From contig CAVTCR010000064.1 in the NCBI GenBank assembly GCA_963733195.1, positions 1 to 64,000 of the forward strand: 64,000 nucleotides of DNA, in the 5' to 3' direction. Both the position numbers and the translations under genes were made by a program. Under the pieces are notes generated by a model. That model was not told the origin of the DNA. It saw only the letters and a program-made list of their open reading frames with translations, and did not search any database. The stretch is from an uncultured delta proteobacterium (GTDB lineage Bacteria; Desulfobacterota; Binatia; Bin18). Shown in pieces: positions 44,943-55,489 of this stretch (its first letter is position 1; each line of letters begins with the position of its first letter).

Positions 44943-46241
44943 ATGTCCTGGGATTTTGAGACTGAGCCGGAATTTCAAAAGGAACTTGACTGGATTGATA
45001 ACTTTGTACGCGAAGAAGTCGAGCCGCTCGATCATATTCTTGGGAGCCCGTACGATGTTCATAACCCGCGCAATCAAAAGCTGGTTCGCCCACTGCAAGC
45101 CGAGGTGAAAAAACACAAGCTATGGGCATGTCATCTAGGGCCAGAGTTGGGCGGACCTGGTTATGGCCAACTCAAACTTGGGCTTATGAACGAGATCTTA
45201 GGGCGGGCTCGATTTGCGCCTGTAGTGTTTGGTACTCAGGCACCTGACACGGGGAACTCGGAGATTCTTGCTCACTACGGCACCCCGGAACAGAAGAAGA
45301 AATATCTTGAGCCGTTGCTGAATAACGAGATTGTCTCCTGCTTCTCGATGACAGAACCTCAAGCTGGTGCTGATCCCAAGATGTTCAAGTGCAAAGCTGA
45401 ACTCAAGGGTGACTTCTGGGTGATCAACGGTGAGAAATGGTTTTCGTCGAACGCTCGTTTTTCCTCGTTTCTCATCGCTATGGTCGTAACCGATCCGGAC
45501 GCACCACCATATCAAAAGATGTCTATGTTTCTCGTGCCGACCGACACACCGGGAGTAAATATTATTCGTAACGTCGGACTGGGAACCGAACATGGCGATG
45601 AAGGTGAGCATGCCTACATCCGCTATGAAGATGTGCGTGTTCCACGGGAAAATCTCCTTGGACAGCGTGGTCAAGGGTTTGAAGTCGCACAGACTCGCCT
45701 CGGTGGTGGGCGTATTCACCATGCGATGCGCACGATGGGGCAAGTGAAGAAAGCGTTCGACATGATGTGCGAACGTGTGCTGTCACGAGAGACGCAGGGC
45801 GAAGTGCTTGCTAACAAACAGATGGTGCAAGAGCAGATTGCTGATTCGTGGATCGAGATGGAACAGTTTCGTTTGTTAGTGTTGCGTACCGCCTGGCGTA
45901 TCGACAAATACAAAGATTACCGCAAAGTTCGTAAAGATATCGCAGCGATTAAAGCGCTTATGCCCAAGGTGTACCATGATGTCGTGTATCGTGCGCTTCG
46001 TATCCACGGTGCACTAGGGCTCTCAAACGAGATGCCGTTCTCTGCACAGATGGTTGAATCTTTCATGACTAGCCTGGCCGATGGTCCCACAGAAGTGCAC
46101 AAAGTGACGGTGGCCCGTCAGGTGCTACGCGAGTACAAAGCGAATCCAGACCTGTTCCCTTCTGGACACTTGATCTCCTTACGAGAAAAGGCGATTAAAA
46201 AGTATGGTGAGGTGTTGGAACGGGAAGTCGGGAATCTCTAG
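44943..46241 (+). CDS. Acyl-CoA dehydrogenase family protein
   Basis: QAPDTGNSEIL, FSMTEP, INGEKWFSS, QTRLGGGRIHH, LADGPTEVH. Confidence 0.92.
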   Translation: MSWDFETEPEFQKELDWIDNFVREEVEPLDHILGSPYDVHNPRNQKLVRPLQAEVKKHKLWACHLGPELGGPGYGQLKLGLMNEILGRARFAPVVFGTQAPDTGNSEILAHYGTPEQKKKYLEPLLNNEIVSCFSMTEPQAGADPKMFKCKAELKGDFWVINGEKWFSSNARFSSFLIAMVVTDPDAPPYQKMSMFLVPTDTPGVNIIRNVGLGTEHGDEGEHAYIRYEDVRVPRENLLGQRGQGFEVAQTRLGGGRIHHAMRTMGQVKKAFDMMCERVLSRETQGEVLANKQMVQEQIADSWIEMEQFRLLVLRTAWRIDKYKDYRKVRKDIAAIKALMPKVYHDVVYRALRIHGALGLSNEMPFSAQMVESFMTSLADGPTEVHKVTVARQVLREYKANPDLFPSGHLISLREKAIKKYGEVLEREVGNL

Positions 46242-46284
46242 AAAACTAGTGGGGTGGCCTGCAGGTCACCCTGAAAATCCAGGT

Positions 46285-46485
46285 TACTTGTGATGTCGAA
46301 AGAGGGTTGCGGAATTCCAGCGGAGCACCTCGACAAAATCTTTGAAGAACTTTTCTCTACCAAAGCGATTGGCAAAGGAACTAGTCTGGGCTGCCGATTG
46401 TCCACGCTATCATTAGCAACTTCTTCGGTGAAACGCTGCGGGTAGAGTCGAACTTTGGGAAGGGAATACATTCAGCGTATGGTTC
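46285..46485 (+). pseudogene. Histidine kinase HATPase_c remnant
   Basis: GCGIPAEHLDKIFEELFSTKAIGKGTSLG, then a frameshift to IVHAII...LRVESNFGKG. Confidence 0.7.
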
Positions 46486-46537
46486 TCGCGCCGACGTACC
46501 GCCGATGAGCAGTTACTGACGAATCGCAACATGCCTC

Positions 46538-48286
46538 CTAATCCTTCCGCCGCTCGGAAAATTCGTAGATCCCTAACGCTTCACGCCCTTGCCACACCGC
46601 CCGCGAAAGGCCGAAGGTCACATCAAGTGCGTTCCCTTGCGGAGCGTGACGGACAATAGGAATCCGCGTCAACGTTTCTCCGTCGCAATGCAACGTTAAA
46701 GGAGTAGGTGGCGTTAATGAAACATGAAACGCGCTCGGACGTCCCTCGTGTAATGTATATTGCAGTTGCCAATGCTCTGGTTGTAATGCGTGGGGCACTC
46801 CATGGTGGTAGATAACCCCGGCAGAGCGGGGTCCATCGAGTGTTTCGACCCAATAGAGGAAGACGCCCAAGTCCGGCCCGAACGGTAGTGACAGCAAACG
46901 ACGCGGCAGCAACCGCCCAGTCTCTTCCGGCTTCAACAAATCAAGGAAACCCCAGGCATCGATCGTATGCCGACGGTCACGTAAGTTGACCTCACCGCAT
47001 AAGTGCGCCAGGTATAAGGGTACTGGGGGTGATGGCAATGGCACAGGCAGTGTGAGTGTCAGCGAAATCTCGGCTGGCTCAACCCACGAGGCAGCCAACC
47101 CATCTTCCAAGCGGATGAATGCTTGTGGATGAGAGAAGCGCATGACCGTACCACGGTACGAGATGGCAAAGCCTGTGGGTTGCGCTTGCCAGGTCAGCCC
47201 ACCGACATGCACTCGACTCGTATCGGTCGCGCTATCATCTTCACCGGTAAACAACACCATCTCAGTGCCACCGAGAAACATCATCAGGCGGCCTGAGTGG
47301 GTCGGTTCCGCCGGATTACATTCAATGCCTCCGAGCAAACCTAACCCGCTGACAGGGTCGTGGAAGTGCAGACCCAACCGCACCAGTTCTGAGGCATGGC
47401 GGAGTGGAATTGGTGCGCCGTTGAGGTGTGCAGTGGAATGTGTCCGACGCGGTACGGTAATAGTAGAGAACTCGATAGCAGGTACACTAACGGAAGGTTT
47501 CGTCTGACCGAGAGTCTGGCAAAAGACTTCAACAAACGTGTCGCGCGCCGGCCCTGGCCACCGTAGGCCAACGCCAAGTTCACACTGTACCGCATTCACT
47601 TTGCCGTCCACGGAGAGCTGTGCCAGCGTACGGATCACAGGTAACGGGTCCTCGGCGAAGCGGCTACTGAAGAGCTGCATGACGTTATTCTTATCCGCTG
47701 CTGGGTAGCGTCGCCCGATGGCAACATCGATTCCCTGCGCGACCGCCATGTTGCGAAATGACAATACTTCCTCAGCAAAGAACTGCGCGCTCAACGTTGG
47801 AGCCGCAAACTTACTTGCTGGGCCGATGGTGTTTCCCCGTTGTTTGAGCCCAACGCCAAGATCACATACTGGTTGCACCACGTTCCAACCGTGCATGAAG
47901 AAGACACGAGCCCAGCCATGCTGCGCAACGAGCGCCGAAATCAGCGCAGCAAGCGCTTCCAGAAACCACACAGCCTCTTTCCGCACCTGGCTAATACGAT
48001 TTAAATCAAGTTCGTTGCGGTCGCGTGCATGGTTGATGAGAGCATAACCACTGGTGAGTCTTGTAAGTTCAGCCGTCAACTCAGCCGTGTAAAGATCGTT
48101 GACCTTAATACTATCAAGAATTGGTGCTTCGGAAGGTCGGCGTCCACCGTGCGGAGCCACAAACACGATCGGCGCATCACCGACGATATAAGTCATCCAG
48201 GACGGAATTTGGGACTCAAACGCGAATGTCACAGTGTCAGTATAACGTTTTTGACGAAAGAAGAAATGATGAACCCGGAGTGACAA
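46538..48286 (-). CDS. Two-domain hypothetical protein; N-terminal N-formylglutamate amidohydrolase-like metallo-fold (start probably about 48232)
   Basis: APHGG, ND.YT, DLNR, MHG motifs. Beta-rich C-terminal half. Confidence 0.55.
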   Translation of the reverse strand: MSLRVHHFFFRQKRYTDTVTFAFESQIPSWMTYIVGDAPIVFVAPHGGRRPSEAPILDSIKVNDLYTAELTAELTRLTSGYALINHARDRNELDLNRISQVRKEAVWFLEALAALISALVAQHGWARVFFMHGWNVVQPVCDLGVGLKQRGNTIGPASKFAAPTLSAQFFAEEVLSFRNMAVAQGIDVAIGRRYPAADKNNVMQLFSSRFAEDPLPVIRTLAQLSVDGKVNAVQCELGVGLRWPGPARDTFVEVFCQTLGQTKPSVSVPAIEFSTITVPRRTHSTAHLNGAPIPLRHASELVRLGLHFHDPVSGLGLLGGIECNPAEPTHSGRLMMFLGGTEMVLFTGEDDSATDTSRVHVGGLTWQAQPTGFAISYRGTVMRFSHPQAFIRLEDGLAASWVEPAEISLTLTLPVPLPSPPVPLYLAHLCGEVNLRDRRHTIDAWGFLDLLKPEETGRLLPRRLLSLPFGPDLGVFLYWVETLDGPRSAGVIYHHGVPHALQPEHWQLQYTLHEGRPSAFHVSLTPPTPLTLHCDGETLTRIPIVRHAPQGNALDVTFGLSRAVWQGREALGIYEFSERRKD

Positions 48287-48501
48287 AGGGAAAAAGACGA
48301 AAGGGACGGGTGGCTTAGGCTTTGAACTGCCTCCCTGGCGCCTGTAAAGGGCAAACCAGCTATGGATAACCCTCAGGGAGAAACCGGATACCGACTTTCG
48401 TTATTCGTTCAGACTTGAGCTTTTATGGTAGGGGGGGTAAGGTACGTGGTGTAATTTCTCTTTAGTAAAGGCTAACGAGCGCACCCTACTTCGACCTTTT
48501 T

Positions 48502-49527
48502 ATGCTTCCTTCTGGCGCAACAGTATCTATTATTGTCCCCGTGTATAACGGCGGGGAAGAATTTCAAGCCTGCCTGAGAAGCATCGCACAGGCGGTCCCT
48601 CAGCCGATGGAACTGATCGTTGTTGCCGACGGAGATACCGACGGTTCTCGCGAGGTCGCAACAACTTTTGGTGCACAAGTCATCCCTCTGCCCTCTCCCG
48701 GTGGACCGGCACGAGCCCGGAATATAGGAGCCCGCAGAGCGCAAGGCGAGATTCTCTTCTTTGTTGATGCCGATGTCACGGTCCCTCCGGATGCGGTTGC
48801 CCAGGTAACCGCAGCATTTCTCGCCGCGCCTGACGTTGTCGCGCTGTTTGGCTCCTATGACGACCAACCCGCTGCACCTAACTTTCTATCGCAGTATAAA
48901 AACCTCCTCCATCACTATGTTCATCAAACATCGCGGGATGAAGCCTCCACGTTCTGGGGCGCATGTGGTGCGATTCGCCGTGACGTGTTCTTGCTTGTTG
49001 GCGGATTCGACGAACGGTATCGCTTCCCTTCAATTGAAGATATCGAGCTGGGATATCGCCTGAAGCGGGGGGGCTACCGCATTCGCTTAGACAAGTCCCT
49101 CCAGGTGAAGCATCTCAAACATTGGCGGGTGGCATCTTTGTTGAAGGCAGATATCTATTTTCGTGCCTTACCTTGGACTGACCTTATCTGGCGGGAGGGC
49201 GGTCTGCTCAATGATCTCAATTTAGGTTTCGCCAGTCGGGTGAGTGTTGTATGTGTCTACCTACTCATCGCTACAATCATCGGGGCAGTGTGGTGGCCAC
49301 GTCTTCTTATTGTAACCGGACTGTTCATAACAACGTTATTAGCAAGCAATGCGCCTCTCTATCAATTCTTTCTGCAAAAGCGCGGAGTGTGGTTTACGCT
49401 CTGCGTGCTCCCGTGGCACTGGCTTTATTACGGCTATAGTGGTTTAGCCTTTGTCGTCGGCAGCATGAAACACTTCGTGAAACATTATGGGCGGAGTCAA
49501 CAACGAACGACTGTCACCGACACATAG
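48502..49527 (+). CDS. GT2 glycosyltransferase with C-terminal TM helices
   Basis: SIIVPVYN, GPARARN, FVDAD, GGFDE...IEDIELG. Confidence 0.9.
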   Translation: MLPSGATVSIIVPVYNGGEEFQACLRSIAQAVPQPMELIVVADGDTDGSREVATTFGAQVIPLPSPGGPARARNIGARRAQGEILFFVDADVTVPPDAVAQVTAAFLAAPDVVALFGSYDDQPAAPNFLSQYKNLLHHYVHQTSRDEASTFWGACGAIRRDVFLLVGGFDERYRFPSIEDIELGYRLKRGGYRIRLDKSLQVKHLKHWRVASLLKADIYFRALPWTDLIWREGGLLNDLNLGFASRVSVVCVYLLIATIIGAVWWPRLLIVTGLFITTLLASNAPLYQFFLQKRGVWFTLCVLPWHWLYYGYSGLAFVVGSMKHFVKHYGRSQQRTTVTDT

Positions 49528-49564
49528 TGCGACATAGGCACAGAATCGGGTGAGAATAGAAGAC

Positions 49565-51406
49565 ATGAGCCAATCCCCAGTCATCATTATCGGTGCTGGT
49601 CCTGCGGGACTGACTGCCGCATACGAGCTAGGAAAGTCAGGGGTACGCTCGGTCGTTGTGGAATCCGATACTCAAGTTGGTGGGCTTTCTCGAACGGTGA
49701 ATTACCGTAACTTCCGATTCGACATTGGCGGGCACCGATTCTTCTCGAAGATTCCGCAGATCAATACAATTTGGCAGGAGATTTTAGGCGAAGAATTTCT
49801 GGTTCGCCCTCGTCTGTCGCGTATTTATTATGGGGATCGCTTCTTTGATTACCCGTTGAAGGCACTCAATGCCTTGGCTGGACTAGGGCCTATCGAGGCG
49901 TTCTTGGTCGGCCTTAGTTATATGAAAGCGCGACTATTTCCCCATGAACAGGAAACCAACTTCGAGCAGTGGGTCTCGAATCGTTTTGGTCAACGGCTCT
50001 ACGAAATCTTCTTTAAGACCTACACCGAAAAAGTGTGGGGAATGCCGTGCAATGAAATCTCCGCAGAGTGGGCCTCACAGCGCATCAAAAATCTCTCGCT
50101 CAGTGAAGCGGTTCGCAATGCACTGTTCAGTAATGGTCGAGCAATAGACGGGCAGGTCATCACCACGCTGATAGATTCTTTTCATTATCCGCGTCTCGGG
50201 CCTGGTATGATGTGGGAACGGTGCGAAGAGCTTCTACAAACACAAAATTCGCCGATTCTGCGTGGCGTACATGTCGAGCGGATTCACCACCAGCATGGAC
50301 GGGTTGAACGCGTTGTCGGGCGAACACAGACTGGCGAACGGACTGAATATTCTGGGGCACATTTCATCTCTACCATGCCGCTACGCGAACTGATCTTTGC
50401 TCTTGACCCAGCTCCACCGCAGGCCGTCCTGCACGCGGCGCGGCAACTTCGCTATCGCGACTACTTGACCGTTGTTCTGATCGTTAAACGTGCGGATGTT
50501 TTTCCGGACAACTGGATCTATATCCACTCACCAGACGTGAAACTGGGACGCATACAGAACTACAAAAACTGGAGTCCGGCTATGGTACCGGACTCGACGC
50601 GAACTTCCCTCGGCTTAGAGTATTTCCTCTGGGACCAGGATGAAGAATGGAATTGGCCAGACGAACGTCTCATCTCCGTCGGTATTCGCGAGTGCAGTCG
50701 GCTTGGTTTGATTACCCCAGCAGAGGTTGAGGACGGTACAGTGGTACGTATGCCGAAAGCGTATCCAGTGTACGATCAAGGGTATCAAGACAATCTCGCA
50801 ACGATCCGTCAGTATCTTGCTACATTGTCGAACCTGCAAACGATCGGACGGAACGGCCTCCACCGCTACAATAATCAGGATCACTCAATGCTGACTGGGG
50901 TGTATGCTGCCCTCAACGTGTTAGGTGAGCAACATGACGTCTGGTCCGTCAATACCGAAATGGAGTACCACGAAGAGATACGTAGCCAAACAGCAGAAGT
51001 GGGACCCTCTGATCGTGGGACGCCAGTGCGTCTTACAAAGGAAGAGCCCAGAGAAGCGTCCGTTGAAGCAGTAATCGCCGAGGCATTTGCGAAGCTTGAC
51101 CCAGTAGCATTCGGGATTGCCATTGGCGTGGTAAGCAGCCTCGTTCTTCTTCTCGTAACCTCGGTGCTCCTGCTTAAAGGAGGATCGGTTATCGGCCCGA
51201 CCCTGTCACTATTGGGCCAATATCTCCCTGGCTACTCTGTTACCTGGACAGGCCTGGGGCTCGGTCTTATTGAAATCGGCGGCGGTGGGTTTGTCTTTGG
51301 CTATTGCGTAGCGTGGCTACGCAATTGGGGAATGACCGTTTATGCCGCTCTCCTTCGACGACGAGCGCAGGCAGCAGCACAGCGCACCCTGTTGGACAAA
51401 GTATAA
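49565..51406 (+). CDS. FAD-dependent oxidoreductase (amine oxidase/mutase-like) with C-terminal membrane domain
   Basis: GAGPAG, FDIGGHRFFSK, GRNGLHRYNNQDHSM, hydrophobic C-terminus. Confidence 0.85.
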   Translation: MSQSPVIIIGAGPAGLTAAYELGKSGVRSVVVESDTQVGGLSRTVNYRNFRFDIGGHRFFSKIPQINTIWQEILGEEFLVRPRLSRIYYGDRFFDYPLKALNALAGLGPIEAFLVGLSYMKARLFPHEQETNFEQWVSNRFGQRLYEIFFKTYTEKVWGMPCNEISAEWASQRIKNLSLSEAVRNALFSNGRAIDGQVITTLIDSFHYPRLGPGMMWERCEELLQTQNSPILRGVHVERIHHQHGRVERVVGRTQTGERTEYSGAHFISTMPLRELIFALDPAPPQAVLHAARQLRYRDYLTVVLIVKRADVFPDNWIYIHSPDVKLGRIQNYKNWSPAMVPDSTRTSLGLEYFLWDQDEEWNWPDERLISVGIRECSRLGLITPAEVEDGTVVRMPKAYPVYDQGYQDNLATIRQYLATLSNLQTIGRNGLHRYNNQDHSMLTGVYAALNVLGEQHDVWSVNTEMEYHEEIRSQTAEVGPSDRGTPVRLTKEEPREASVEAVIAEAFAKLDPVAFGIAIGVVSSLVLLLVTSVLLLKGGSVIGPTLSLLGQYLPGYSVTWTGLGLGLIEIGGGGFVFGYCVAWLRNWGMTVYAALLRRRAQAAAQRTLLDKV

Positions 51407-51430
51407 CTTTCTGTCACAATAGGTATCGCC

Positions 51431-51724
51431 ATGACAAACGAGGTAAGTGAAGCAATCGCTCGTATTCAGGCTAGTGTGCTCGCACTTGTTGGCGCACTGA
51501 TTGGTGGCGTTGGGTTATTTCTTATGACGGCCTGGCTGTTGCTCAAAGGTGGAGTTTGGGTTGGGCCACATTTAGAGTTACTCGGGCAATACTTCATTGG
51601 CTACTCAGTGACATGGCTCGGTAGTATCGTCGGGCTTTTTTACGGTGCTATCACTGGTGGTGTGCTCGGCTGGTCGATCGCCTGGATCTACAACTGGGTT
51701 CTTCGTCAGCGGCACCCTATGTAG
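51431..51724 (+). CDS. Small membrane protein homologous to the C-terminus of the upstream oxidoreductase
   Basis: Shared LLLKGG..GP.L.LLGQY..GYSVTW.G motif. Confidence 0.75.
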   Translation: MTNEVSEAIARIQASVLALVGALIGGVGLFLMTAWLLLKGGVWVGPHLELLGQYFIGYSVTWLGSIVGLFYGAITGGVLGWSIAWIYNWVLRQRHPM

Positions 51725-51936
51725 AACAGGGCGATACATAATGCCGCACGCTTCAAAGCGAAACTGGGCGCCCAGATTCTCGAACTGCACGTTCTGGTTG
51801 AACTCTTCAGACAGTGGCGGATTCATCGGGTCTTCCGTCGCTACCGAAGCTAAAGACAAAAGTAACCATCCCCTCTATTCACAATAGTTCTCTTCGGGCA
51901 TGCTCACAGATCACAAACAGTAGCAAGGAGGGAGCT

Positions 51937-52326
51937 ATGGCAACCGCGATTCTTTGTACAGCACTGCTTGGGTTGTTGGTGTTCGTGCTTGGTTTTGCTG
52001 TTTCCATGACACGCGGGAGTACGAAGACCGTATCGGGCTACAACCCCGATCCTGCCGATCATCTTTACAAATTGGTTCGCGCACACGGCAACACCATCGA
52101 GTATGCACCAATGCTTGCGATTTTGATGTTGCTGATCGGCGCACGCGAACATTCTTCGTGGATGCTATGGACAATGTGGATTGCCACTGTGAGCCGCTAT
52201 CTCATCGCGATCGGGATTGTTGTCTCACCGACGCTCGACAAACCACATCCGCTTCGATTCGCAGGCGCGTTGGGAACATACCTGAGCGGGATTGCTCTGT
52301 GCATAGCTGCGTTTTTGGTCATATAA
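51937..52326 (+). CDS. MAPEG family membrane protein
   Basis: RAHGNTIEYAP motif, strong SD. Confidence 0.85.
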   Translation: MATAILCTALLGLLVFVLGFAVSMTRGSTKTVSGYNPDPADHLYKLVRAHGNTIEYAPMLAILMLLIGAREHSSWMLWTMWIATVSRYLIAIGIVVSPTLDKPHPLRFAGALGTYLSGIALCIAAFLVI

Positions 52327-52333
52327 GACTACA

Positions 52334-54475
52334 TTATAGTCTCTGTGCCCGGATATGTCGTTGATAGATTTTTGGCAGTTCACGAGGTAAAGACAGGAGA
52401 TCTTCAATGACCATATACCGCGACGAAGCACACATCTCACGCAAATAATCGTGCCCACCTATATCAACTGTGAGACAAAACGGCACAATACCGCTCCGTT
52501 CTGCTTCGCGGAATGCCATCCTCGTATCTCGTAGACCATAGGTTGGCGGAACGACCGGCTTTCCGTACCCGGCATCTTCAGGGTAGCCGTCACTGAGTAA
52601 CACAAGAAGTTTTGTTCGACTTGAGAGAGCCTTCAGTCTGCGGGTGGCGTGACGGACCGCGGTCCCTATTCGTGTTCCACCCCGTGGGGTCAGCCCACCA
52701 ATGCGTCCTTGGACTTCGACTGACAACGGATCACGAAAAGTTTTCACCGGATACACTTCTACGTCGTAGCGACCGTTGCTGGAAAAGCCATAGATCGCAT
52801 ACGTATCACCGATCTCCTCCAAAGCGACAGCGAGGAGTGTCACTGCTTCCTTGACGACGTTGATGATTGCCGGGTTGTTCTGCTGAACTGCTATAGTCGC
52901 GGTTGCCGTTTCATCAACAACCTGCTCAGCTGTTGATGCGCTTAGGTCCAGCAGCAGTAAGACGGCAACATCGCGCTCAATCATCTGTCGAGCCGAATAC
53001 AATTTTGTTGAGGGGGAATTACCGATGAGTCGATCAACTCGCGCCGCAACTGTGGCATTGAGGTCGATCTCTTCACCATCTTCCAAGCCTTTGATCTGGT
53101 GATACATGCGTGGGCGTAAACGTTGAAACTCACGCTTGATCTCTTGGGTCAGCTCGGTGTAGGTCATAAGGGTTTTGGAGAAGAACGCACCTTCATCATC
53201 TTGTAGCGTAACCTCCCGAAGCTCACACCAATGGGGACGATAATCATCAATCTCATAGTCCCATTCGTCGTACACATACCGCAGATCGGCTGTAGTGAGG
53301 GCTCGACGGCGACGTTCAGCCTGGGTTTCATCGCTCGGCGAAAGCCCCTCTGCTTCGCCGTCGAGTTCGCTGCCAGTGAGAAATCCGGTTGTGTCTTCCT
53401 CACCAAACCCACTGCCTTCAAACTGAGAGTTATCCTGAGAAGCAGAAGGGAGTCGTGACTCGTCACCTAAGAATTCGACGTACAACTTGGTTGCCAGTAT
53501 CATCGAATGTGAGACTGAGCCGCTTGTTGCAAGATTCCTCCACACGGAGTCAGAAAGCTGCGCTATAATAACCGCGACTTCAGGCCGCAAGAGGCTGGTA
53601 AGAGTTTCTGCCCATGTCAGGTCTGCTCGTAATCCCGGATACAGTGCAATGAGGCGTGGAGCGATGCGTTTCCCCTCGATCGCGAGAAAAAGCCCTTCAA
53701 TGAGATCGGGGCGAGGAAAAAGCTGGAAGTAAGAAGTGAAACCATCCGAGGGAGGAACGGCTGAGCGATTCACCCTCTGTATAAGGGGAGAGAGAGTCAA
53801 CCACAGTGCAGACGGTGAACAGGTGTAGGTGCCAAACTCTACCCGTCCAGCGTGATGCGCCACGAGAACTCGATAGAGCCGGAAATTCTCCTCATAGGTT
53901 GCGAAGCGTTCGACACAGAACGGCAGGGGCATCAGAATCTCGTGTTCTAGAGCCAAAGGAGGGGGGAAAGAAACCGTGTCGACCTCGGTGAGGGCTACCG
54001 TCACACCACTCAACATGTGAAGAAATTTGAGCAGCAACCCCTGAACATCACTGAGATACACAGCTGGGGATACACCACGAAGCGCCAATAGGCTGGTGCG
54101 CGATCGTAACGCGAAGAATGCCGTCCCTGCCTCGGAATTGCGGCAGCCGACAGACTCACCTATCGCAATCCATTCTAAGGTGCGCTTCTCACCTCCCTCG
54201 TCGAACACCCGTCCAAGTGTACGAAAGAGTGGAACGATGCCAGCCGGAAAAACCTGCGAGAGTTGTGCGACTCGTTCAAGTACGTTGACGCAACTCTCGG
54301 GTGGCAGCATACGAAGCGTAGGGCCAATGAGAGGAAGAACGCCAGGCAGCGATCGATGGTCGAACTCCGCCGCAACAGAAAGACTACGCTCTAAGAACAA
54401 TCGCGAGGTAGGCGCGAACTGATCGAGAAGATCCGACAACCGTTGGCGCTCAGCCTCGGCTAAGAGTGACAGCAT
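52334..54475 (-). CDS. NorD/CbbO-like VWA domain protein
   Basis: YDEWDY...YRPHWC, GEEIDL, MIDAS DLSAST, TRIGTAVRHA, LSDGYP. Confidence 0.85.
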   Translation of the reverse strand: MLSLLAEAERQRLSDLLDQFAPTSRLFLERSLSVAAEFDHRSLPGVLPLIGPTLRMLPPESCVNVLERVAQLSQVFPAGIVPLFRTLGRVFDEGGEKRTLEWIAIGESVGCRNSEAGTAFFALRSRTSLLALRGVSPAVYLSDVQGLLLKFLHMLSGVTVALTEVDTVSFPPPLALEHEILMPLPFCVERFATYEENFRLYRVLVAHHAGRVEFGTYTCSPSALWLTLSPLIQRVNRSAVPPSDGFTSYFQLFPRPDLIEGLFLAIEGKRIAPRLIALYPGLRADLTWAETLTSLLRPEVAVIIAQLSDSVWRNLATSGSVSHSMILATKLYVEFLGDESRLPSASQDNSQFEGSGFGEEDTTGFLTGSELDGEAEGLSPSDETQAERRRRALTTADLRYVYDEWDYEIDDYRPHWCELREVTLQDDEGAFFSKTLMTYTELTQEIKREFQRLRPRMYHQIKGLEDGEEIDLNATVAARVDRLIGNSPSTKLYSARQMIERDVAVLLLLDLSASTAEQVVDETATATIAVQQNNPAIINVVKEAVTLLAVALEEIGDTYAIYGFSSNGRYDVEVYPVKTFRDPLSVEVQGRIGGLTPRGGTRIGTAVRHATRRLKALSSRTKLLVLLSDGYPEDAGYGKPVVPPTYGLRDTRMAFREAERSGIVPFCLTVDIGGHDYLREMCASSRYMVIEDLLSLPRELPKIYQRHIRAQRL

Positions 54476-54476
54476 C

Positions 54477-55349
54477 TTATGTTAACTTTGCAGGACGGGA
54501 CGTTGATGCTTCACCGGTACTCCCTCGATTGATCGTGCTTTTCTTGGCTCGGGCTTCTTGAGCGAAACCGAAACGTCGCCACATATCTGGCCCGATTGCG
54601 GTGAGTCCACCATCAACTACCAGCGCTTCACCAGTGACAAATCGAGAATCCTCACTAGCAAGAAATAGTGCCGCGCCAGCAATATCGTCCCCTACGCCAT
54701 GATCGGGCCAGGGCTGAAAGGTATCAAGTCCTTTTGCCGCGGCCTCAGGATTGCCTTGATCCGTCAGTCCCGTCAAAATTGCGCCCGGACAAATGGCGTT
54801 AACGCGAATGCGATCAGGAGCCAGTTGGACGGCTGAAGCTTTCGTCAGATTGATGACCGCAGCTTTGGCAGCGGAATACACGAGCGGTCCAGAACCTCCA
54901 CTCAAACCAGCCGTAGAGGCAGTATTGATAATCACTCCACCTTGCCCCTGCTTCTTCATCACACGCGCTGCGTGTTTGATTCCGAGAAACACACCTTTGG
55001 TGAGCACATCAAACGTGTAGTCCCACTCTTCTTCGGTGATGTCCCACACTGGCCCAATCGCACCACCCACACCGGCATTGTTGAAGACAATGTCGAGCCG
55101 ACCAAATTGTGAGGTCGCACAGTCAATCATCGCCATGATGTCCGCCTCTTTCGCTACATCAGTACGAATGAAGCGGACGTTATTCGCTTGCCCAGCATTC
55201 TTTGCTTGCGTTAACGTCTCTTGCCCTGACTTCTCATTATAATCGGCAACGACAACTTTTGCTCCTTCGGCAAGAAACCGCATAACGGTAGCGCGTCCCA
55301 TACCGCTTGCACCTCCAGTAATAACCGCAACTTTTCCTGCTAGTCTCAT
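54477..55349 (-). CDS. Short-chain dehydrogenase/reductase
   Basis: TGGASGMG, NNAG, YSAAK, VNAICPG. Confidence 0.92.
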   Translation of the reverse strand: MRLAGKVAVITGGASGMGRATVMRFLAEGAKVVVADYNEKSGQETLTQAKNAGQANNVRFIRTDVAKEADIMAMIDCATSQFGRLDIVFNNAGVGGAIGPVWDITEEEWDYTFDVLTKGVFLGIKHAARVMKKQGQGGVIINTASTAGLSGGSGPLVYSAAKAAVINLTKASAVQLAPDRIRVNAICPGAILTGLTDQGNPEAAAKGLDTFQPWPDHGVGDDIAGAALFLASEDSRFVTGEALVVDGGLTAIGPDMWRRFGFAQEARAKKSTINRGSTGEASTSRPAKLT

Positions 55350-55489
55350 GAGCAAACTCCTCTCGCATTTTCGTAACCGTGCTCAACATGTCAGCTTTTC
55401 CCTACCGGCGGCAAGAGCCGCTGCCCGCCCTAGCTTGAGAGCCATAGCAAAATCTCATAAGTATCTCCAGCAGAAAGGAGGATAACGTC

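Noticed and set aside
48340-48400. c-di-GMP-I riboswitch-like GGGCAAACC
   Set aside because: The downstream GACGCAAA and second stem are missing.
51725-51860. Short minus-strand ORF fragment between convergent contexts
   Set aside because: No recognisable family, and it overlaps the neighbouring gene.
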